Position numbers and translations under genes: made by a program
The notes under the pieces: model-generated
Database searches by the model: none
What the model was told of the DNA's origin: nothing
Seen by the model: only the letters and a program-made list of their open reading frames with translations
Assembly: GCF_030028105.1 (NCBI RefSeq)
Contig: NC_092384.1
Coordinates: 17,119,629 to 17,183,628, forward strand
Direction of reading: 5' to 3'
From: Mobula birostris
Lineage: Eukaryota
DNA length: 64,000 bases
Shown here: one piece after another, positions 14,001-23,000 of the stretch
Layout of the letters: each line of letters starts with the position of its first letter
Numbering within the stretch: position 1 is the stretch's first letter

Positions 14001-17000
14001 AATCCTGTAGAATCAATTCCTAGTTTATAGAAATTATTAAATGAATTTGGAAAGTTTTCAGGATATAAATTAAACCTGCATAAAAGTGAATTATTTCCTC
14101 TAAATGATTCCGTTTCTCTCTATGATGACATTCCTTTCAAAATTACGCACTCTTTAAAGTATTTAGGTATTATCATCACTAAAAATTGTGGAGACCTTTA
14201 TAGAGCTACTTTAGCTCCCTTAGTGGATTTTATGGAGCAATTATTTTCTAGATGGAATCTATTTACACTTTCGTTAACCGTTCGAATTCATGCATTTTAA
14301 ATGATGATTTTACCAACATTCTTTTATGTATTTCAAAGTATTCATTTTTTTTAACTAAGAAGTTTTTTGATCAGGTTAACTCTATTATTTAATCTTTTGT
14401 TTGGAATACTAAAAGACCAAGAGTTGGAAAATATCATTTACAAAAATTAAGAAAGGATGGAGGGGAAATAGTAGGGGACAGAGGGTCCAGTGAGATGGAG
14501 GAACTGAGCGAAATACATGTTAGTAGGGAAGTGGTGTTAGGTAAATTGAAGGGATTGAAGGCAGATAAATCCCCAGGGCCAGATGGTCTGGATCCCAGGG
14601 TGCTTAAGGAAGTAGTCCAAGAAATAGTGGATGCATTAGTGATAATTTTTCAAAACTCGTTAGATTCTGGACTAGTTCCTGAGGATTGGAGGGTGGCTAA
14701 TGTAACTCCACTTTTTAAAAAAGGAGGGAGAGAGAAACCGGGGAATTATAGACCGGTTAGCCTAACGTCGGTGGTGGGGAAACTGCTGGAGTCCGTTATC
14801 AAGGATGTGATAACAGCACATTTGGAAAGCGGTGAAATGATCGGACAAAGTCAGCATGGATTTGTGAAAGGAAAATCATGTCTGACGAATCTCATAGAAT
14901 TTTTTGAGGATGTAACTAGTAGAGTGGATAGGGGAGAACCAGTGGATGTGGTATATTTGGATTTTCAGAAGGCTTTTGACAAGGTCCCACACAGGAGATT
15001 AGTGTGCATCTCCAATTTAGCGGATGACACGAAGCTGGGTGGCAGTGTTAGCTGTGAGGAGGATGCTAAGAGGATGCAGGGTGACTTGGATAGGTTGGGT
15101 GAGTGGGCAAATTCATGGCAGATGCAATTTAATGTGGATAAATGTGAAGTTATCCACTTTGGTGGCAAAAATGGGAAAACAGATTATTATCTGAATGGTG
15201 GCCGATTAGGAAAAGGGGAGGTGCAACGAGACCTGGGTGTCATTATACACCAGTCATTGAAAGTGGGCATGCAGGTACAGCAGGCGGTGAAAAAGGCGAA
15301 TGGTATGCTGGCATTTATAGCGAGAGGATTCGAGTACAGGAGCAGGGAGGTACTACTGCAGTTGTACAAGGCCTTGGTGAGACCACACCTGGAGTATTGT
15401 ATGCAGTTTTGGTCCCCTAATCTGAGGAAAGACACCCTTGCCATAGAGGGAGTACAGAGAAGGTTCACCAGATTGATTCCTGGGATGGCAGGACTTACAT
15501 ATGAAGAAAGACTGGATGAACTGGGCTTGTACTCGTTGGAATTTAGAAGATTGAGGGGTGGATCTGATTGAAACGTATAAGATCCTAAAGGGATTGGACA
15601 GGCTAGATGCAGGAAGATTGTTCCCGATGTTGGGGAAGTCCAGAACGAGGAGTCACAGTTTGAGGATAGAGGGGAAGCCTTTTAGGACCGAGATTAGGAA
15701 AAACTTCTTCACACAGAGAGTGGTGAATCTGTGGAATTCTCTGCCACAGGAAACAGTTGAGGCCAGTTCATTGGCTATATTTAAGAGGGAGTTAGATATG
15801 GCCCTTGTGGCTACGGGGGTCAGGGGGTATGGAGGGAAGGTTGGGGCGGGGTTCTGAGTTGGATGATCAGCCATGATCATAATAAATGGCGGTGCAGGCT
15901 CGAAGGGCCGAATGGTCTACTCCTGCACCTATTTTCTATGTTTCTATGTTTCTATGTTTTGCTCTGCCTAATTTAAGAATGCATTATTGGGCGGTTAATA
16001 TACGTTATGCGTCTTCTTGGTTATATTGGACTAATAAAAGTAAACGAGCACCTTGGGTTGATTTGAAAATGAAAGCTGTAAAACAATTTTACCTAACCTG
16101 GTTATTAGGAGCCTCTTTACGTATACAACTAGCCAAAATCTCTATTCTAATTTTATATCCTATGATTAAGCAGTCATTACGAATTTGTACCAGTTTTGTA
16201 ATTTTTATAATCTTAAATAAATTAACCTTCTGTGTTTAATTTATCGAAACTACTTATTTAAACTTTCACTTAGTGATCCTTCCTTTTCTCTTTGGAGGAA
16301 TAAAGGAGTATATTCCTTCATGGATCTGTTCCAAGAAGGCCGATTTATGCCCTTTCAGAAATTAGTAACTAAATATTCTCTCTCGGACTCACACTTCTTG
16401 CGAAATCTTCAGGTCAGATATTTCTTACAAGAATATTTAAGTAATTTTCCATATATACAAGATTCTGACCTGTTAGACTCTATTTTAAAAATGAATCCTT
16501 TAGTGAAAGGTTTTATTGGGAAAATTTATAATTTACTATTACAACAGGATAATTATCCTTTACTTAAGATTAAGCAAGATTGGGAAAGAAAGCTTAATAT
16601 GACCTTGACAACAGAGAATTGATTGCGAATTTTGAAGTTGGTTAACTCTTTTTCGATTCGTGCTAGTCACTCTCTAATTCAACTTAAAAGTGTACATCGT
16701 TATTATTTGACAGAGGGGAGACTGTCTAAAATATTTCCTAAAGTTGATAGTCAGTGTAATAGATATAAAACTGAGACAGCTACATTGAGACATATGTTTT
16801 GATCGTGTTCTGTATTGAAACAGTTTTGGAAATCTATTTTATCTACAATTCCTAAAGCTGTAAAAATCAATTTACGACCCAATAAATTGACAGTTTTGTT
16901 CGGTATAATTCCTCAATATATTCACGGTATTTCTATATCAGACCAACGTGTCATTGCAGTTGTCACATTACTGGCCCGAAGGGCTATTTTATTAAAATGG

Positions 17001-20000
17001 AAAGATACCTCTGCTCCCACTTTGATGCCATGGTTCTCTCAGGTGATGTTATGTCTTAGTTTGGAGAAAATCAGAAGTCGAAATTCTGATCCTGGATTTG
17101 ACTTTGAGAAAATGTAGGGCTCTATTGCTCGCTACTATCATTTGATTTGAGTTAATTAAGATGGTCCCCTTCTACTTCTTGGGTAAATGGATTTGGTTGG
17201 CGGATTGATATCTTTCTTTTATGGAAGTGTGTATGGTGTATAGCTCCGGGTTTGTGCTCTCAATGTTTTTTTTTTGTTAGTAGGGTTTTTGTTGTTTTAG
17301 TTAGTAGGGGTTCTTTTTTCCTTTTTTCTTTTTTCCAAAAAAAATAGCTTTCACACTTTAAAGTTTCTGGTGAACGCAGCAGGCCAGGCAGCATCTCTAG
17401 GAAGAAGTACAGTCGACGTTTCTGGCCGAGACACTTCGTCAGGACTAACTACAGAAAGAGCTAGTACGAGATTTAAAAGTGGGAGGGGGAGGGGGAGATC
17501 CAAAATGATAGAAGAAGACGGGAGGGTGGGGGGGAATGGAGCCAAGACCTGGACAGGTGATCGGCAGAAGGGGTATGAGAGGATCATGGGACAGGAGAGC
17601 TGGGATTGGGCCTCCTTCGCCTTCTCCCTGGGCCTCCTGTTCCATGGTCCTCTCATACCCCTTCTGCCGATCACCTGTCCAGGTCTTGGTTCCATTCCTC
17701 CGCCCCCCCCCGTCTTCCCCTATCATTTTGGATCTCCCCCCCCCCCACTTTTAAATCTCGTACTAGCTCTTTCTTCAGTTAGTCCTGAAGAAGAGTCTCG
17801 GCCTGAAACGTCGACTGTACCTCTTCCTAGAGATGCTGCCTGGCCTGCTGCGTTCACCAGCAACTTTGATGTGTGTTGTTTGAATTTCCAGCATCTGCAG
17901 AATTCCTCGTGTTTGAACTTTTACATTTTGTTTTTTCTTATTATTATTGATATATTGTTTAGCTTGGTTGATAGCTTAACTCTGATTGCACAGATTGATA
18001 TGTTGACTTGGTCAATTTATGTTTTTTGTTGATTTATAAGAATAATTAATAAAAAAGATAAAAAAACATATATTGCGAAATGATTCATGCGTGTACTGTA
18101 TTTTCCCATTGACCACTACACCGCGATTCTCGTAAGCCGACATTTGACATTTAAAACATCTCAGTCTTTGATTTATATTTAATTATTCGTCACACGAAGC
18201 ATGTCTAACAGCCTAACTTCCGTTAATATATATTACCCTTCATCTTAATGCAACTGGTTATGAACTATTGTGGAATCCTGAAAGACAATAGGAAGCGGAT
18301 AAAACAGGAATATTCAAATCCATCCTGGATATATACTTCAAAATAAAAAGTTGTCCGATAATTTCATTCTTCCCTACTGCGTTCCAAATGTTTAAACGAA
18401 ATAAATTTATAATATCTCTGCTATCCGTATACGCCGCTCTGAAAGAAGACAGGTCACTTCACCTACCGGCTCTTCATTCTGACATCTGTCCAAAGAACGT
18501 GTGTTTTTCCCTTAAGAAAAATAAAAGAAATTATTTGCAATGTAAAAATTGGATATTATTTGTTTGATACCAATCGAATTCATCGCGTAAGAGGAACTGC
18601 TGAAGGTACGGATCTTTCAGAAAGCATTTTGTGGTAGCAGTTGTCTTAATGCTGTGCAACAACATCATGGTACTATGCTCAAGAGTCTTCGACTTTTAAC
18701 GAAGCTGTAAAGTGATAATAGTATATGAGTGGCTGTACTATATTTAAGTACTGTCTTTAAAATAGAAATTAAAATTAATGAGACATGCATGAATTCGTCA
18801 ATGTTCTTTAAACAGTGACAGTAAGCATAGACCAACGCCAGGTTGCTTACGCCTCAAACTATAGACCTGCCCTTGTATCGAAAACGACATTTGAAATATT
18901 CCAAAGGTATATAACGGCATTTATGGACAAGATACAGTATGTAAATACAGCGAGTAGACTGGTGAAATTAATGCATTTTAAGATCCAGCTTGTGTTGTGC
19001 CTGATGATTATCAATGTAATCAGGTTCGACCATGTCAATCCCTGTCTAATCATGCTGTAATGACATTTATTCTTTTTGAAGTTAAGTATCTTTAGCGCAT
19101 CAGTTTTTCAGGAATAGAGGTGATATTTCTCAGCAATCAGGGTTCTTACCGTGCGATCTCTTTAACTTGACTTTCACCAAAATTATTATCAGAACTAAAA
19201 TTGCCGATCCGCCCAGTGCACATGCCAGAATCAATTTAGTATCAGCGCCTTGTGGCTCTACAGGGGTAAAACAAGAAACTGTGAAGCACTTATACATCTA
19301 AAAAAATGCACTCATGAGAATCAATAATGCAAAATATCTAATAGGCTCCTTTCAAATCTCACTGCACAATATCGGAAAATATGTCATAAGACAGGAAATG
19401 CAGATTCCCACCTTTGTTATATCACGATGAGATGTAGAGTTTACGTTTTGCTTTTCTCAATTTTGTCAAACGTTCAGAAGTTTGCTACCTTACAAATACT
19501 GCACGAATTCAAATTCTTAATTCGTCCTACACGATTTAAGCGAACGGAATAACACGTAAGTTTTTGAACACATTTCCCGTTCAATACTCACTGTCAATTA
19601 TTAAACTTCAAAATTAGTCATTCTTCCGTGTTTGGGTAGCTGTTCAGTAACAGTTCTGAAGAAGGTCACATTGACCCAACCACTTTGACTTGTAAGCGCT
19701 TCCATCTTACTATGAGCGCAAAAGATTCTGAACATGCTGAAATTCAGAATAGCACTTAAAATCCTGGAAGAACTCAGCCGATCAGGCAGATCTAAAATGT
19801 CGACGTTTAAGGCCGAGATACGACATCAAGACACCATCTTACCTTGGTCCTGGATGTAACTGAAATTGGCAGGCACCGGGAGGGAGACATGCGACACCAG
19901 ACAAGTGTAAACATCTTTTCCCCGAGTAGACTGCGTGATATCCAATAAACTAAATGCTCCGTACAAGCCGTCCACGCTCCGGTTTGTCACACTTTCTATT

Positions 20001-23000
20001 CCAGTGCGAATTTGCTTGTTATTTCTTTGCCAAACGATTTCTAATTTCTCCGGGTAGAAGGCAGCCGTTTTACAAAGGAGCTTTCGAGGAGACGAAAACC
20101 CTCCAACAGGAACAATTTCCACTGGAGTTGGAGGAGCTTGGGTAAAAACAAAGTTATTCTGGGTATTTTCGATCCATTTCAGTACAGGTAGCTCCCTTTA
20201 TCTCCCCGCCAACTAGCATGACACTCAACTATCAAATTAGTTCCCCGCCGGTATTGACCAGTATTTAATAAATTCAATTTCACGTTCTGTTTATTGTTTT
20301 TCAACCGTACACACACTCCGAAGCGAACCTTTGTTCTTCTGGCGCTCAGTTGCAAAAACAGTATATATAGTCACATACAGCACATATAGTTACCATCCAG
20401 CACTGACAGTCACAAAATAAGCAAAATAAAATACAGTCAGTTTGGGAAAAGGATGAGAGGAAGAGTTCAGAGAATACACCTCGACGGCGAAGCTAAGAGG
20501 TCCGAAGTGTGGAGACATTCTCTTTTGAATGGTATTTGAGCTTTATTGCACATTTGGGCTTGTGGCAGGCGTTAGCTTTGAAAACCTGACTACAATTGGA
20601 TTTTTAATTTCCTATCAAGACTGAGCTACAAGACCTAAAATATCACAGATTTCTATAGTACGAATGCACATGGAGTTTAATGTTCTGGCAGCTCAGCTGC
20701 TTAGGGAGTGTTTCAAGTCTTGGGGTTGAACTTTATAGTCATAAGCATTCAGTAATAGAAATTACTCCGGAATGTGATCCATTCCTGGAACAGTTACCCC
20801 GTATTGAACGTGACAAATCATCTTCTCCGTGAAACATCCAGTCATCTAAATGCAAATTAGATTAAGTTGATTGATTCTACAGTTCTGTTCTTTCTAAAGC
20901 CTGAAGACCTGCAGCAAAACGGTCGACAGTGACTTGGCACTGCTATAGGATCATTTGTGGAAATGATGCCTTGTAGAGGGTCAATCAGGAATTGAACAAC
21001 TTCAATTTCACCATGCACAGTGTTTACTAAAACTTGAGCCCAATTTTAAGATTTTGTAAACGTGGACCACTTCCGCCACAGCTATGGTCGGTGTCTGACA
21101 GGGTAGATTCAATAGTTAGATTGTTCTATCTGTTTATCACAGGTTAGGGTTTCACACTGCCTACAATAGTCATCCTGAGCGTTGCCTGACTCCACTTCCC
21201 ACGCCAATACCGAAGTCAACGTTCTTGGCTTTCTCAAATTCTAGGTAAAGGACAATTCTAAGCTGAAAAAAAAATCGAAGGGCTTAGACAGATATAAGCA
21301 TAAAGGGATAGCGACAGACAAAATTGATCCATTTGAAGATCAGCGGGTTTAACAATTCATGGAGCCGAAAGAGCTTGGACCTTATATATTTCGATTTGTA
21401 TTTATTCTGGAGACGTACACAGAGACTAAGGCAAAACAGAAGGAGTATCATGGCCCATATACCGATTACAGTCTTGAGGCAAATTAGGGTGTAGAAGTCC
21501 CCAGAACATGGCAAGTTGTCCCATCGGACCTTTTCGGAAGCTAGTGCAGAAAGTGAAAGAGCCCCGATAGAGGATTCAAAATATCCTTACCCGTGGGTGA
21601 AGTGCCGGAGGACTAGAGTAAACTAATGTTTTAAGACCATATAACTATAGGATATAGGAGCCTAATTAGGCCCTTTGGCCCACCAAGTTTGCTCTGCCAT
21701 TTCACCATAGCTAATATTTTCTGTTCAGCCCCAATCTCCTGCCTTCTCCCCATTGCTCGTCATGCTCTAACCAATCAGGAATCTATCAGCCTCTGCTTGA
21801 AATATTCATAAAGGCTTGGTCTCCATAGCTGCCTGTGGCAAAAAAAAAAAAAAATTCTACAGGTTCTGCACTCTCTGGCCATAGGCTGTCCTCTTCATCT
21901 CCTCTGGTCTTAGACTCTCCCACCATAAGAAGCATCCTCTCCACATGCACACGATTAAGGGCTTTCACCTTTCTTAAGGGCTCAATGCCGTTGCCCCTAG
22001 TTTTTTTCTGAACTCTAGTGCAATGAGGCCTAGAGCCATAAAACGTTCTTCATATGACTAGCTATTGAATTTTGGAACCATTGCCATAAACGTCCTTTGA
22101 ATCTTCTCCAGTTTCAGCATATTCTTTCCAAGAAAAGGGGTGTAAAACTGCCCACAATAAGCCGTGCCTCCTCACCAGTGCCTTATAAAGTCTGAACCTT
22201 ACATCCTGGCTTATATATTCTATTCCTCTTGGAATGAATGCGACCGTTGCATTTACCTTCCTGACCACAGACGCAACCTGCAAATTAACCTGTATGAAAT
22301 ACTGCACAGGGACTCGCAAGTCCCTTTGCACCTCAGTGTTTTTTGTGTTTTCTCTCCAGTTGGAAAATATTCAAAACTTTCACACCCTCCACCAAACTGC
22401 GTGCCACACACTTCTCGACACTGTATTCCATCGGCCATTTCTTTGCCTGACCTCCTAATCTGTCTCAGTCCTTCTGTAGCTTCTCTATTTCCTAAAACTA
22501 CTTGGCTGTCGACCTCTCTTCATATCGTCCGCAAACTTTGCAACAAACCATCAATTCCATCATCCATATCATTGACATGTGACCTTAAACGAATTAGTTA
22601 CAACACAGACCCCTGTGGAACACCGTTAGTCTCGAGCAGCCAACCAGTAAATGCTCCCTTTATTCCCATACTATGTCTCTTACCAACCAGCCACTGCTTT
22701 ATCCACCCTAGAATCTTTACTGTAATACTTGGGACTAGTAGCTTGTTTAACAGCCTTGTGTGTGGTACTTTGTCAAAGACCTTCTGAAAATCCAAGTACA
22801 CAACAACCAATTGCCAATCTTTATCTATCCTGCTTTTTATTATTTCAAATATTTCAATCAGATTGTCTGGCGAGAGTTTCCTTTAAGGAAATCATGCTGA
22901 CAATGGCGTGTTTTATTATGTGTTTCTGAGTAACCTAAGACCTGATCCTTAATGATGGACTCCAACATCTTGTCAACCAGTGAGGTCAGAGTGATCGGCC

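Larger units (their letters stand above)
11430..18066 (+). mobile_element. Degenerate L1 LINE (ORF2 endonuclease-RT to polyA), interrupted by CR1 and a Penelope hairpin; in intron 5
   Basis: SWNVRG endonuclease start at ~11886, YSRIDYF, YRPISLLNVDAKLLSK, RQACPLSPLLF, SLYADDLL, LARRAILLKWK; A-rich tail at ~18040-18066. Confidence 0.9.

Noticed and set aside
17370-17880. Repeats resembling CRISPR arrays or bacterial-type systems
   Set aside because: Eukaryotic TE hairpins and minisatellites; no repeat-spacer structure and no cas genes.
18859-19053. Hydrophobic minus-strand ORF as the TM exon
   Set aside because: No phase-1 acceptor in frame; 19257-19150 fits far better.
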